Below are positions 29,154-39,792 of a stretch of 64,000 nt of DNA, piece by piece. Below the pieces are notes generated by a model. The model saw only the letters and a program-made list of their open reading frames with translations. It had not been told where the DNA came from and did no database searches. Made by a program: the position numbers and the translations under genes. Source of the DNA: a candidate division WOR-3 bacterium (GTDB lineage: Bacteria > Hydrothermota > Hydrothermia > UBA1063); the NCBI GenBank assembly GCA_039803305.1, contig JBDRYG010000001.1:5-64004 (forward strand), in the 5' to 3' direction. How positions within the stretch are numbered: the stretch's first letter is position 1; every line of letters begins with the position of its first letter.

Positions 29154-32100
29154 TTACTTCGCGAGTATTAGCTTACTTGTGAAAGTCTTCTTAGGAGTAA
29201 TCATCTTCACAATGTAGACTCCAGAACCTACCGCTGAACCTCTTTCGTCTTTACCATTCCATCTTACAGTATGGTAACCAGCCTCTCTGGTGCCCTTCAC
29301 AAGAGTCGCCACTTTCTGACCGGTGACAGAGTAAATGCTTATCTCCACTTCGCTTCTCTCTGGTAATGCATAAGCAAATTCAAAGCCCCTTGAAGCAGAT
29401 GAGAGACTCTTCGCATTAAACGCAAATGCCTTCGGCTTCAGATCAGTAATGGAAGTAACTTCAAAGGAAATATATCCAGTTTCCGGAAATCTTGAAGGAT
29501 TGCGCCACGCTGAATTATCAAGGGCAACGAAGTAAAGGTCTACATTATCCCCGATGTTAAGACCCGGAATCGTGTAATAATAAGTGGAACCAACTATGCT
29601 ATCATTTGTTGCAAAAGCAAAATCTGCACCATTAATGGAATAGTAAAGAGTATCACGATAAATCCCTGAAGGATCAGTAATTATAACACTTATCCAGATA
29701 TTGTTTACACCACCTGTATCATAAGCGAAGGCGGAGAACTGTGGACCAACAAAGTCAGTAGTAATACTTACCTCCGTTGAGTAAGTCATCGTATCTGGAT
29801 TTACATAATCCATCCTCACCACATAGAAGTATTGGGTTTCATGTTGAATCGTGTAGTCTGTAAATGTTATGTCACTGGTAGCACCAAGAACATCATAGGG
29901 TCCGCCAGAGGTAGTCCCCCTTAAAACCGTGTATTTTTCAATGTATTTTGTGGTACCCTCATCTTCCACTTTACCTGTAATGGCATAACGGACTAAGGCA
30001 GGGTTTCTCTTGGCATTGGAAGGTGTATGATTCGCCACATATGCTTTACTGCGTGGGAAGTAGGTAACTACACTCCTTATAATCCAGTCGAAACCAACCC
30101 AATCATACCAGGTGCTGGAAGAGGCTTCAAAATATGTGCTCCTGTTTGTATTAGATCCAGCATCACTTGTGGGATATGGTGCATTCGTAGCTGTCCACTC
30201 TATTCCAACATGATAATCACCATTTACCATTATATTGGCGGAACTTAGATCCAGCCTCAGATAATTAGGATACACGGCTGGTGAGGTTATAAGGGTATCA
30301 AAGAGGACCTCACCGGGTATTCCATTGTTGTCTGCATATATCTTTACATGGATGGGGGAAGCTGTGCCAAAAAGCAGTGCTACTACACTGTCAACCCTTG
30401 CAGGTGTATATTGAGGAGTAAATCTTACAGCAACTACATCGCCAGGATAAAATCCCGTAAAGTAGTACGCAACTCCACCGTAAATCCTCAAGCTCTGTCT
30501 TGGTCTTGCCCAGCCAAGTCTTACTCCGGGATCAGGGTCTCTCACTGCACCTATTGAAGGTGTTCCCGCATCATAAGCAATTAGTTTCCACCAGGCACCG
30601 TGTCCCTGCCACCCATTCCCGTTTACATCCCCTACAGCAAGGTAGCCATCAAAGAGAGTACCCGCAGGACGACCCGGAATTTCAACCAATATCGTATCAA
30701 TTCCCGGTTCAAAATCCTGTGAGAAGGATACTATTACAGTATCATTGACAACTGCAAATGCCTCCACACTGAATGGGGAATCATCACTAACAACAATAAT
30801 TAATGTATCTGGACCTGTATTGTAAGTATATGTGGGTGTTCTCAGAGTCTGGACCATAGGAGGTGTCGTGTCGGGTGCAAAGCTCACACTAAAGTCATCA
30901 ACCCACCAGTAGTACTCATCCCTTGCACCATAATGGAAGGCAATTCTGAAGTACTCTGCCGAGCCAATTCTGGGGATTATGTGAGGTGTTAAGTCCACCG
31001 AGCGGTATCCACTGTCGGACTCATTTGAATATTTCGCAAGTTCAATCCAGGAATTGCCGTCATCGAAGGATATTAAAACGCGGCCTGAATCTAAAGTAGA
31101 CGTTGAGTAGTCTCTATACCAGTGCCAGTAAGAAAGGGTGTATGTACCGTATCCCGGAATCCTTAACCTTGGAGAAATAAGCCAATCATTTTGGTTTTCT
31201 ACGGGTGAAAAATAGACCCTTGCAACGGTTCTCGCAGGTGTTGCTGCAACAAATCTGTGCCAGTCATTATTGTTTACCGTAGGAACTCCCTCATCACCAC
31301 CGTCAATTATTTTCCAGCCTCCAAATGGAGGATTTATGGAGTTCTCCCATGCTTCGTCAAAGTTATGGGCATATGGCAAATCTTGAGCATAGGGCCAGAC
31401 ATACAGGGTAGTTGATACAGTATCATTTTCAGGAATTGCATCTCCTGCTAATTCAACTCCAGCATAAAGAGTAATTAAGCCAGTATCTGGTGGAACAAGA
31501 GGCTCCTGGAAATTATAGGTCATAATCATTCCTGCAGGTAAATTCCCCGTCCAGGTCTCAAAAACCGTGTCCACACCACCAAGGGTGTAAAACAGAGTAA
31601 GGGAAGTAATTGGATTCAATCCGGAGTTTTTGAGAGTTATAGAGACTGAATTATTATCACCCTGAATTACAGGTTTGGGAACATTTACAGAAAGAATCTG
31701 GGCATCAGTATCAGCAGCTGTGGGTTCAGTTACAAATACCCTGACGGAATCAATATACATGTTATTACCATAAGCACTTTTCGCTCTAAAAGCCACATAA
31801 AGCTGTGTTCCACCCAGAAAGTCGCCAATCTCAACCTCCTCCGGTGCCCAACCTGCGGTAGCACTGTATCTCTGATACCCCTGCAGTGTTGTAAAGTTAG
31901 TTCCATCAAGAGAGTATTCAACATATATGGAGTCATAACTTGTTGAGTATCCGGGGTCATGGTACATGTAGAACCTCAACTTAACTTTTCTTGAAACAGG
32001 ACCGACATTTATTACTGAGGTTATGAGGCGGGCTTGGGAACCTGCACTTGCATTGTAAGATGGATATCCAGCCATAGCGGGCGCATCAAGGGGCGTGCAA

Positions 32101-33794
32101 GTGGGGTTAGAACCTGAGGTATATCTCCCCCAGTTGTAGGAACCGCTTATTATCTGCCTTGTCCATCCAAGAGGTGGGAAATCTGGTGGAAAGAATGTGG
32201 ATGCAGCTACGGTAGAATCATCCCATAATTCAACATATAGTTTAGCTGTATTATTGTTATGGTAATCATCAGGATAAACTCCTACCTGTAAGGTATCAAA
32301 GCCAAGATTGGAAAAATAAATGTGTACCGGCATTGAGACCACAGCGTATTCGCCGGGATTTAATGCCACAGGATATGAAAAACCTTGAGATGCACCCACA
32401 TTTACAAATGCATAACCTAAATCAACCGAGGAGACGGGTGTATTTCCCGAGTTAACAACCACAACATAGATCGAATCTGTAACACCGCGTTTTAATACAG
32501 GAGCAATTCTTCTAGCATCTAAAACACATAGGTCAGAGTTAAATATTCTTTGTTCCATTTCCACAATGTGTCCACCGCAGGTAAGCACAAGCTCATTACC
32601 AGGTCTCCAACGGTTTACATCCGCAATCTTGACACCGTAATCGGCAGCTTCAGCAATCTTGGGTAAAATCCCAACAAGTGGCCTTCCAAAAGGAGAGTAG
32701 GCAAACCAGAGGGAAAAGCTAGTATTAGTAGTTCCTGTATTTGTTAGGACAACTTCTTGTCCTGGAATTTCTCTAAGGAAATCCCCTATTTCTATTTCAT
32801 TATTTCCCGCTATTCCCCAGGTGCTGTAAAGTGCATAGGCAACTCCGGAAAATGCACTTCCCGTCCAGTTCCATACCGAAAGCTGATAGGAAGTAGAGCC
32901 GTGCACAATGCAAACCTCAGGCCCAGGCATTGCGGGATTTATGTCGCCAATGGCGATATCATTGACACTCGAAAGCCCCGTATATATAGTTTGAGTCTGC
33001 CACGAAGTTCCATTCCAGTAAGCCATGGCAAAATCTGACCCACCACCAGTATAAACTTCATTTCCAGGTAAATCAGGATTTACATCCCCTATTGCAACTG
33101 CTCTATATCTCTGTGTCCTTCCCGTAAATGTTACCCTGACTGTATCAAAGGATGTCCCATTCCACTTGGCGATCATGAAGGCGGAAGGATTATTATTTGC
33201 CACGTTAAATACAATATCCCTTGCTACACCATCGTTGTCCGCATCGCCTATTACAATATTATTGATATAATCTCCAGAACCTACTCCAATACTATCCCTC
33301 GCCACCCAGTTAACCGCCCCAGGATCCCATTCAAACCAGCGAAGCCATATTTTTCCGGCAACAGCAGCATTATCCGCAGTCAAAATATCGGTATACTCGT
33401 CTCCATCCACATCCCCGATACATACCGCATGCTCTGTAGCGCCCGATGGGAAGGAATATGGAGTTTCTATCCTGAACTTCCTCGTTCCAAAAGCCACACT
33501 TGAGGTGTCAGTAGCAATAATTAAATACCTTGTTCCACCACTTTGAACCGATACAACCCTTATAGTATCGTCACTTAAGCCCTTAAATTGTGTCCCTACA
33601 GCTACCTGTCTCGTTAGGTTTGCTGAAGAACCATAGAATATATAGTTTGTATCAATCAAAGGAGCAGGAACCTTGGACATACTGCCCACCCATATAGGGG
33701 TTTCAACAGGTATGGGGGGCACATCATCAACCTTTGCTTTCTGGGCAGTTGCCATACCCAGAAGCAATATCAACACTATAAACCCTTTAGGCAT
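29154..33794 (-). CDS. Very large secreted protein with FG-GAP/integrin-alpha-like beta-propeller repeats, multiple beta-sandwich domains and a T9SS C-terminal sorting domain
   Basis: Signal peptide MPKGFIVLILLLGMATAQ; repeated xIGDVDGDxxxD / IGDADNDG / IGDVNPDLPGNEV / IGDINPAMPGPEV calcium-binding-like FG-GAP motifs; tail EISIYSVTGQKVATL...GVYIVKM. Confidence 0.6.
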   Translation of the reverse strand: MPKGFIVLILLLGMATAQKAKVDDVPPIPVETPIWVGSMSKVPAPLIDTNYIFYGSSANLTRQVAVGTQFKGLSDDTIRVVSVQSGGTRYLIIATDTSSVAFGTRKFRIETPYSFPSGATEHAVCIGDVDGDEYTDILTADNAAVAGKIWLRWFEWDPGAVNWVARDSIGVGSGDYINNIVIGDADNDGVARDIVFNVANNNPSAFMIAKWNGTSFDTVRVTFTGRTQRYRAVAIGDVNPDLPGNEVYTGGGSDFAMAYWNGTSWQTQTIYTGLSSVNDIAIGDINPAMPGPEVCIVHGSTSYQLSVWNWTGSAFSGVAYALYSTWGIAGNNEIEIGDFLREIPGQEVVLTNTGTTNTSFSLWFAYSPFGRPLVGILPKIAEAADYGVKIADVNRWRPGNELVLTCGGHIVEMEQRIFNSDLCVLDARRIAPVLKRGVTDSIYVVVVNSGNTPVSSVDLGYAFVNVGASQGFSYPVALNPGEYAVVSMPVHIYFSNLGFDTLQVGVYPDDYHNNNTAKLYVELWDDSTVAASTFFPPDFPPLGWTRQIISGSYNWGRYTSGSNPTCTPLDAPAMAGYPSYNASAGSQARLITSVINVGPVSRKVKLRFYMYHDPGYSTSYDSIYVEYSLDGTNFTTLQGYQRYSATAGWAPEEVEIGDFLGGTQLYVAFRAKSAYGNNMYIDSVRVFVTEPTAADTDAQILSVNVPKPVIQGDNNSVSITLKNSGLNPITSLTLFYTLGGVDTVFETWTGNLPAGMIMTYNFQEPLVPPDTGLITLYAGVELAGDAIPENDTVSTTLYVWPYAQDLPYAHNFDEAWENSINPPFGGWKIIDGGDEGVPTVNNNDWHRFVAATPARTVARVYFSPVENQNDWLISPRLRIPGYGTYTLSYWHWYRDYSTSTLDSGRVLISFDDGNSWIELAKYSNESDSGYRSVDLTPHIIPRIGSAEYFRIAFHYGARDEYYWWVDDFSVSFAPDTTPPMVQTLRTPTYTYNTGPDTLIIVVSDDSPFSVEAFAVVNDTVIVSFSQDFEPGIDTILVEIPGRPAGTLFDGYLAVGDVNGNGWQGHGAWWKLIAYDAGTPSIGAVRDPDPGVRLGWARPRQSLRIYGGVAYYFTGFYPGDVVAVRFTPQYTPARVDSVVALLFGTASPIHVKIYADNNGIPGEVLFDTLITSPAVYPNYLRLDLSSANIMVNGDYHVGIEWTATNAPYPTSDAGSNTNRSTYFEASSSTWYDWVGFDWIIRSVVTYFPRSKAYVANHTPSNAKRNPALVRYAITGKVEDEGTTKYIEKYTVLRGTTSGGPYDVLGATSDITFTDYTIQHETQYFYVVRMDYVNPDTMTYSTEVSITTDFVGPQFSAFAYDTGGVNNIWISVIITDPSGIYRDTLYYSINGADFAFATNDSIVGSTYYYTIPGLNIGDNVDLYFVALDNSAWRNPSRFPETGYISFEVTSITDLKPKAFAFNAKSLSSASRGFEFAYALPERSEVEISIYSVTGQKVATLVKGTREAGYHTVRWNGKDERGSAVGSGVYIVKMITPKKTFTSKLILAK

Positions 33795-34020
33795 AAAAAC
33801 CTCCTGTGTGCATTAATTATACAAATTGGGTAAAGACCTGTCAAGGAAGGAAATTTACCTATTATTTCAAGAATTTTTCATTGTGTCCAATGGTCCTTGT
33901 TAAATTCGGAAAAATTTTAGGAAAAGGTGTACTAAAGTTCAAAAGTTATTTGTAACTTGATGACCTTCGAAGGACGCCCGCCTTTGATTTGCCAAATATT
34001 TCCCAATAGAATTCTCTAAT

Positions 34021-35259
34021 ATGCTCAGGAACAGGATTCATATTTTGTTTCTATTATTGATACTGCTATTCAACTTTCCGGCACCGCATTTCGTGCATAA
34101 AGAGAAAGGTAAAAAGAATATAAACCAAATTAAAACACAAAAAACTGCATTCGTAACATACGAAACTGAATATATTTTAGAATTTGAAGAGCCTTTTGAT
34201 TCCATCATATTTTTAGCGCAGGATAAAAGCCGGAACTTTAAAGGGAATAAACTGAGTTTAAGGCTAAATCCAGGGATAAACAGGTTTCAACTGGAAAGAC
34301 ATGCAGGGCACACCGTTGATACTCTCCAATATATCATCTACAAAGGAAGTAAGAAAACAAGGATATCGGTAGTTTCCGGCTATATCACCCCAATTTTTAA
34401 AATTCTGCGTTATGTAGGGCAAGATAATCCAGATCTTGAGATACACTACTTTTTGTATCTAGAAAAAAGCTGGTTACAACTTACAAGGACCGGTTTGAAG
34501 AAAGTCACAAAGCCAGACTTTGAATCATATAACTTAAACATCCTTCTGGATAAGACCATCTTGCCCGAGGTAAAAAGTGAAAAAAAGCCGGTGCTACTTA
34601 TTTCAGAAGATGAAACAAATGCACAAAATTTTCGTGAAGCTTTTATCACAGGGAATTCCCTTAGGTTACGCATAAAAAATATAAAAATCTCGTCCCAACG
34701 AAAAGAATATATGGACACCCTTCTGATTCTTGAGCCGTATTTTCTACCTGTTGCAGGCAGAATTTCGGGGCTGACTTTCGAAATTCCCATCACAAATCTG
34801 TATGAACTTTACATGCAAAATCCTGAGAGTATCTCTATCATCCTGAACGATATCATAAATTTCTGCAAAATCCCTCAAATAAAAGAAGTGGTGCTTGGCG
34901 ATAGTCATTTCCTCATCGCTGAACCGCCGGAATTTTCCCACTATCCCAAAGTAGAGATCTACTCCGACACGGAAAGAATTTTCCCTAAGATTCTCTTCGA
35001 AGGATACCAGCTACTTCCAGGAAAAGAAAGATCTCAAAGATATGTGATAAAGACCCTAGTAAATGGAGAGACGGTAGATAGCATAGAAATAATCACATCA
35101 CCTGTCAAGGGATCTGAACCAATTAAACTACATGGAGAAAAGTGGAAAATCTCCATTACACTTCTGCCAGCCCAGGGAAATCCAACTTTCCTTATTTTAT
35201 TTTTCATTGTTACCGCCTTAACTTATACTTTAAGTAAAAGTGGGAGGCTTCGACCATGA
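34021..35259 (+). CDS. Hypothetical secreted or membrane-anchored protein (signal peptide; C-terminal hydrophobic helix plus basic tail)
   Basis: N-terminal MLRNRIHILFLLLILLFNF; C-terminal ...AQGNPTFLILFFIVTALTYTLSKSGRLRP; 4-nt overlap with the downstream pdp start. Confidence 0.35.
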   Translation: MLRNRIHILFLLLILLFNFPAPHFVHKEKGKKNINQIKTQKTAFVTYETEYILEFEEPFDSIIFLAQDKSRNFKGNKLSLRLNPGINRFQLERHAGHTVDTLQYIIYKGSKKTRISVVSGYITPIFKILRYVGQDNPDLEIHYFLYLEKSWLQLTRTGLKKVTKPDFESYNLNILLDKTILPEVKSEKKPVLLISEDETNAQNFREAFITGNSLRLRIKNIKISSQRKEYMDTLLILEPYFLPVAGRISGLTFEIPITNLYELYMQNPESISIILNDIINFCKIPQIKEVVLGDSHFLIAEPPEFSHYPKVEIYSDTERIFPKILFEGYQLLPGKERSQRYVIKTLVNGETVDSIEIITSPVKGSEPIKLHGEKWKISITLLPAQGNPTFLILFFIVTALTYTLSKSGRLRP

Positions 35260-36557
35260 GGATGGTAGATATAATCAAAAAAAAGAGGGATGGACATCCC
35301 CTCAGCAGGGAAGAAATTGAATTTTTCATAAGTTGCTATACAAAGGGGGAAATTCCAGATTACCAAGCATCCGCTTTACTTATGGCAATTTATTTTCGCG
35401 GGATGGACTTTGAGGAGATAACTATATTAACGGAATGCATGATGAAATCAGGTGAGGTTCTTGATCTTTCAGATATCCCCGGTCCTAAAATAGACAAACA
35501 CTCTACAGGTGGTGTAGGTGACAAAATTTCACTACCACTGACCCCTATTGTTGCGAGCCTCGGTATTAAAGTTCCTATGATTTCCGGCAGAGCATTAGGC
35601 CACACTGGGGGTACCCTGGACAAACTCGAATCCATAAGGGGTCTTAGAACGAACCTGGATATTACGGAGTTTAAAAAGCAATTGGCAGAAATTGGGGCTG
35701 TGATGGCTGGGCAAACGGAGAATCTATGTCCTGCCGATAAAAAGCTTTACGCATTAAGGGATGTTACAGCTACAGTAGAAAGTATTCCCCTCATCTCCGC
35801 CAGCATAATGTCTAAAAAACTTGCAGAAGATATTGATGGGTTAGTACTTGATGTTAAAACAGGAAGCGGTGCTTTCATGAGCAGATTTGAAGATGCATTA
35901 AAACTTGCAGAAACTATGGTTTGGATTGGGAAGGGCCTTGGGAAAAAGGTAAAAGCCCTCATAACTAATATGGATGAACCCCTGGGAAATAAAATCGGAA
36001 ACGCCCTTGAGGTTGAAGAAACCATAGAAATTCTTAAAGGAGAAGGTCCTGACGATGTGAAGGAGCTCACCTACAGGATTGCAGCGGAAATGTTAATACT
36101 TGCAGAATTATGTAGCACATATGAAGAAGCATATAAAAAAATTGAGGGGGTTATAAAATCAGGAAAAGCCCTCGATAAGTGGCATGAGATAGTTAGTTTC
36201 CAAGGTGGCGATGTGGAGCATATGTACTCAAGCGAATTTACCCGCACAAGATTTGTTGAATACCTGAGATCGGATAAAGATGGTATCCTTGAGCGCTTTG
36301 ATACATATAAACTTGGTGTAGGGGTATCAATTCTCGGTGCTGGGAGGAATAAAAAGGATGATACGGTCGACCCTACCGTTGGGCTAGTGTTGTACAAGAA
36401 AGTCGGGAATGAGGTTCAAAAAGGCGAGGCCATAATGGAAATTCGCTACAACGATGAACAAAAATTTCAGGAGGCTCTCCCATTCCTTGTGCAATCATTT
36501 GAAATTAACCACGAGCCCCCTGCAAAATTGCCGGTTGTCCTGGAGGTTATCGAATAA
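35256..36557 (+). CDS. pdp: Pyrimidine-nucleoside (thymidine) phosphorylase
   Basis: MRMVDIIKKKRDGHPLSREEIEFFI..., DKHSTGGVGDKISL phosphate-binding motif, 433 aa. Confidence 0.85.
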   Translation: MRMVDIIKKKRDGHPLSREEIEFFISCYTKGEIPDYQASALLMAIYFRGMDFEEITILTECMMKSGEVLDLSDIPGPKIDKHSTGGVGDKISLPLTPIVASLGIKVPMISGRALGHTGGTLDKLESIRGLRTNLDITEFKKQLAEIGAVMAGQTENLCPADKKLYALRDVTATVESIPLISASIMSKKLAEDIDGLVLDVKTGSGAFMSRFEDALKLAETMVWIGKGLGKKVKALITNMDEPLGNKIGNALEVEETIEILKGEGPDDVKELTYRIAAEMLILAELCSTYEEAYKKIEGVIKSGKALDKWHEIVSFQGGDVEHMYSSEFTRTRFVEYLRSDKDGILERFDTYKLGVGVSILGAGRNKKDDTVDPTVGLVLYKKVGNEVQKGEAIMEIRYNDEQKFQEALPFLVQSFEINHEPPAKLPVVLEVIE

Positions 36558-36604
36558 ACTCTTGATTTTTCAATTCTAAGGAACTATAATTAAGAACGGG
36601 AGGA

Positions 36605-37324
36605 TTGTATATTATGGCAAAGAAAGTTAAAATCGCAAAAAAGCAGGAAATAAAACACGACCCTGTAAGGGAAGCAATATTAAAGTTTATTCAATTTTTT
36701 AAAGACCTATCAAAACAAAAATATTTTTATTACGGCCTTTATGGTCTCGGCGCCATTGCCATCATTGTCCTAATATACAGTCTGTATAAAAACTCCACAA
36801 AACCAAGAGTTTCTTATGAAGCAGATGTCTTTTTACTACAGGCTATATATGCTATTTCCAGCCAGGACACTGTTACTGCCCCAGCGCTGCTTGATACATT
36901 GATAACGAAATTTTCAAGAACGACTTCAGGAATGAGGGCATACTATCATGCGGGAGTTTATTACCTGAAAATGGGGGATCAACAAAGGGCACTCAGATAC
37001 TTTAAAAAGTTCCTCTCAACACCAGTAGACGACAAATTACTGCGAACTTTTGCATACGCTCAGCTGTCAGATATATATGTAGATATGAAAAAGTACGGGA
37101 CAGCCATAAATTATATGAAAAAAGCCTATAACAGCGCACCTGAAGGATCTCTTAAGGCCTATTATTATTACAAAATAGCTAAAATATATTCCCAGAGTGG
37201 CAATCTTCAAAAGACGAAGAAATTACTTTCCTCCTTTGAAAAAAAATTCCCCAAGTCTGCCTTGAAGCAAGCCGTGGCTGAAGAACTAAACTTTATTAAA
37301 GGCATGCTTGGGGAGGTGAATTAG
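36605..37324 (+). CDS. Membrane-anchored TPR-repeat protein
   Basis: One TM helix (YYGLYGLGAIAIIVLIYSL) then TPR-like repeats (YYLKMGDQQRALRYFKKF, AYNSAPEGSLKAYYYYKIAKIY). Confidence 0.45.
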   Translation: MYIMAKKVKIAKKQEIKHDPVREAILKFIQFFKDLSKQKYFYYGLYGLGAIAIIVLIYSLYKNSTKPRVSYEADVFLLQAIYAISSQDTVTAPALLDTLITKFSRTTSGMRAYYHAGVYYLKMGDQQRALRYFKKFLSTPVDDKLLRTFAYAQLSDIYVDMKKYGTAINYMKKAYNSAPEGSLKAYYYYKIAKIYSQSGNLQKTKKLLSSFEKKFPKSALKQAVAEELNFIKGMLGEVN

Positions 37325-37329
37325 AACTC

Positions 37330-39786
37330 ATGAATTTACCATATTTTAATGATTTCACTGCCAGTCTCCGAAAGGTGGTGGAGAGGGCGAAAGAGGAAGC
37401 GTCTAAGGAAGGGTATAGTAGCACTGTTAATTTAGAGCACTTAATTCTTGCAATTTTAACCACTCAGGATGGTAGTGCCTATGCTCTCCTGGAAGAGGAA
37501 GGGGTATCCTATGACCGATTTAAGCGCTCACTGGATAGGCTAAGACCCCCGAGACTTATTCTTGAACATCCCGTAAGTGCCAAGGAGATTAAATTTAGCC
37601 CGAGAGCCATTAAAGCTTTTGAATATGCAAAGGACGAAGCGCTAAAACTTCATAAACAATACATAGGAACAGAGCACCTTTTACTCGGAATCCTTAGAAT
37701 AGAAGAGGACATCACTTATCGAATTCTGGTTATAGATTTTAATATAACCTACGAACTGATACTTGAAAAAATCCTGAGATCTTCGAAAGATCAGGATAGG
37801 CCGGGCTTTAGGAATACTAAATTAAAAAACTTAGAAACCTTCTCCACGGACCTGACAAAACTTGCAAGGGAAGGTAAGCTCGATCCTGTAATAGGAAGAG
37901 AGAGGGAAATAGAAAGGGTCCTGCAGATACTTTCCCGAAGAAAGAAAAACAACCCGGTGCTCATTGGAGAGCCAGGAGTAGGAAAAACTGCCATAGTTGA
38001 AGGTATTGCTCAGAGAATTGCGCAAGACCAGGTTCCCGACTCCCTCCTCGACAAAAGGATCTTGCAATTAGACCTAACAGCAATTGTAGCAGGGACAAAA
38101 TACCGTGGCCAGTTTGAAGAGAGACTAAAAGCAATCCTTGACGAAGCAAAAGATTCTCCAGATGTAATCTTATTCATAGACGAACTACACACCGTAGTTG
38201 GTGCAGGTGCTGCAGAAGGTTCCTTGGATGCCTCTAATATTTTGAAACCATCCTTAGCCCGTGGACAGATTCAGATAATAGGAGCAACTACCCTTGAGGA
38301 TTACAGAAAATACATAGAAAAAGACGGCGCTTTAGAAAGAAGGTTCCAGCCTGTGTTTGTCGATCCTCCAACTGTAGAGGAAACAATTGAGATTCTCTAC
38401 GGTTTAAAAGAAAAATATGAAAGCTTTCACGGCGTTAAATACACTGACGAAGCTATAGAGGCGGCTGCAAAGCTTTCCGACAGGTATATTACTGATAGAT
38501 ATTTACCTGATAAAGCAATAGATGTTCTAGATGAAGCAGGAGCTAAAGTTAAGCTTAAAACCCCTGAAACTGATGAATACTTAGAAGAACTTAAGAAAGA
38601 TCTTGAAAATCTCAAGAAAGCAAAGGAATTAGCAAAGGAAAGACAGGACTTCGAAACGGCGTCACTCTTAAAAGAAAGAGAAGAATATTTAAAAGAGCAG
38701 ATAGCGGAAAGGAAGAGAAAATTAAGGAGTCGTGGACAGCCACTTACGGTAACCAAAGACCATATAGCTGAGATCATTTCCTTATGGACAGGAATTCCTG
38801 TTGCAAGGCTTGCAGAAAGTGAAATGGAGAAACTCCTAAAAATGGAGGAAGAACTAAAAAAACGAATTGTGGGTCAAGACGAAGCTATCTCTGCTCTCGC
38901 AAAAGCAATAAGGCGTTCAAGGGCTGGTATTAAGGACCCAAGACGACCTATTGGTTCCTTCATATTCTTAGGACCAACCGGTGTTGGTAAAACGGAAACG
39001 GCGAAAGTATTGGCAGAATTCCTATTCAACGACAGGGATGCTGTGATCGAGATTAATATGTCCGAATACATGGAGAAATTCAATGTCAGTAAACTTATCG
39101 GTGCTCCACCCGGATATGTTGGATACGAAGAGGGAGGACAGCTTACCGAAAAGGTTAGAAGAAAACCTTATTCTGTTATTCTTTTTGATGAATTTGAAAA
39201 AGCCGATCCTGAGGTGTTTCACATCCTGCTTCAGATAATGGAAGAAGGTGTCTTAACAGATAGTTTTGGCAGAAGGGTGAGCTTCAGAAATTCAATAATT
39301 ATTTTGACTTCTAACATCGGCACGAAAACATTGAGCAAAAATAAGATGCTTGGCTTTAAATCTGAGGAACTTTCAAAAACCTTTGACGAGATGAAAAACT
39401 TTCTCCTGCAAGAACTGAAAAATACCATACCGCCAGAACTTTACAACCGCGTTGACGAAGTAATTATATTCAAACCACTTACAAAAGAGGATCTGCTAAC
39501 GATTGTTGATCTACTTCTCCAGGACTTAGAAACAAGAATAAAAGAGCTAAATATCAAAATTGAGCTCACGTCCGATGCAAAGGAGTTTCTACTTGAAAAA
39601 GGCTATGAGCCGGATTTTGGTGCAAGGCCATTGAGAAGAACCATCAGAAAATACATTGAAGAGCCTCTTTCAGAGCTAATTTTGAGTGGTGTACTACATG
39701 AAAATTCATTTGTAAGAGTTTCAAGAAAAGAAGACTATCTTGACTTTGAAGTGGTTAAACCCGAGCCCGCTAAAAAGGGAGGATAA
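37330..39786 (+). CDS. clpC: ATP-dependent Clp protease ATP-binding subunit ClpC (Hsp100, two AAA+ modules, UVR-like motif)
   Basis: Clp_N repeats, Walker A GEPGVGKT and GPTGVGKT, ClpB/ClpC signature regions, UVR-like [16 protein letters not shown]. Confidence 0.9.
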   Translation: MNLPYFNDFTASLRKVVERAKEEASKEGYSSTVNLEHLILAILTTQDGSAYALLEEEGVSYDRFKRSLDRLRPPRLILEHPVSAKEIKFSPRAIKAFEYAKDEALKLHKQYIGTEHLLLGILRIEEDITYRILVIDFNITYELILEKILRSSKDQDRPGFRNTKLKNLETFSTDLTKLAREGKLDPVIGREREIERVLQILSRRKKNNPVLIGEPGVGKTAIVEGIAQRIAQDQVPDSLLDKRILQLDLTAIVAGTKYRGQFEERLKAILDEAKDSPDVILFIDELHTVVGAGAAEGSLDASNILKPSLARGQIQIIGATTLEDYRKYIEKDGALERRFQPVFVDPPTVEETIEILYGLKEKYESFHGVKYTDEAIEAAAKLSDRYITDRYLPDKAIDVLDEAGAKVKLKTPETDEYLEELKKDLENLKKAKELAKERQDFETASLLKEREEYLKEQIAERKRKLRSRGQPLTVTKDHIAEIISLWTGIPVARLAESEMEKLLKMEEELKKRIVGQDEAISALAKAIRRSRAGIKDPRRPIGSFIFLGPTGVGKTETAKVLAEFLFNDRDAVIEINMSEYMEKFNVSKLIGAPPGYVGYEEGGQLTEKVRRKPYSVILFDEFEKADPEVFHILLQIMEEGVLTDSFGRRVSFRNSIIILTSNIGTKTLSKNKMLGFKSEELSKTFDEMKNFLLQELKNTIPPELYNRVDEVIIFKPLTKEDLLTIVDLLLQDLETRIKELNIKIELTSDAKEFLLEKGYEPDFGARPLRRTIRKYIEEPLSELILSGVLHENSFVRVSRKEDYLDFEVVKPEPAKKGG

Positions 39787-39792
39787 ACCTAA

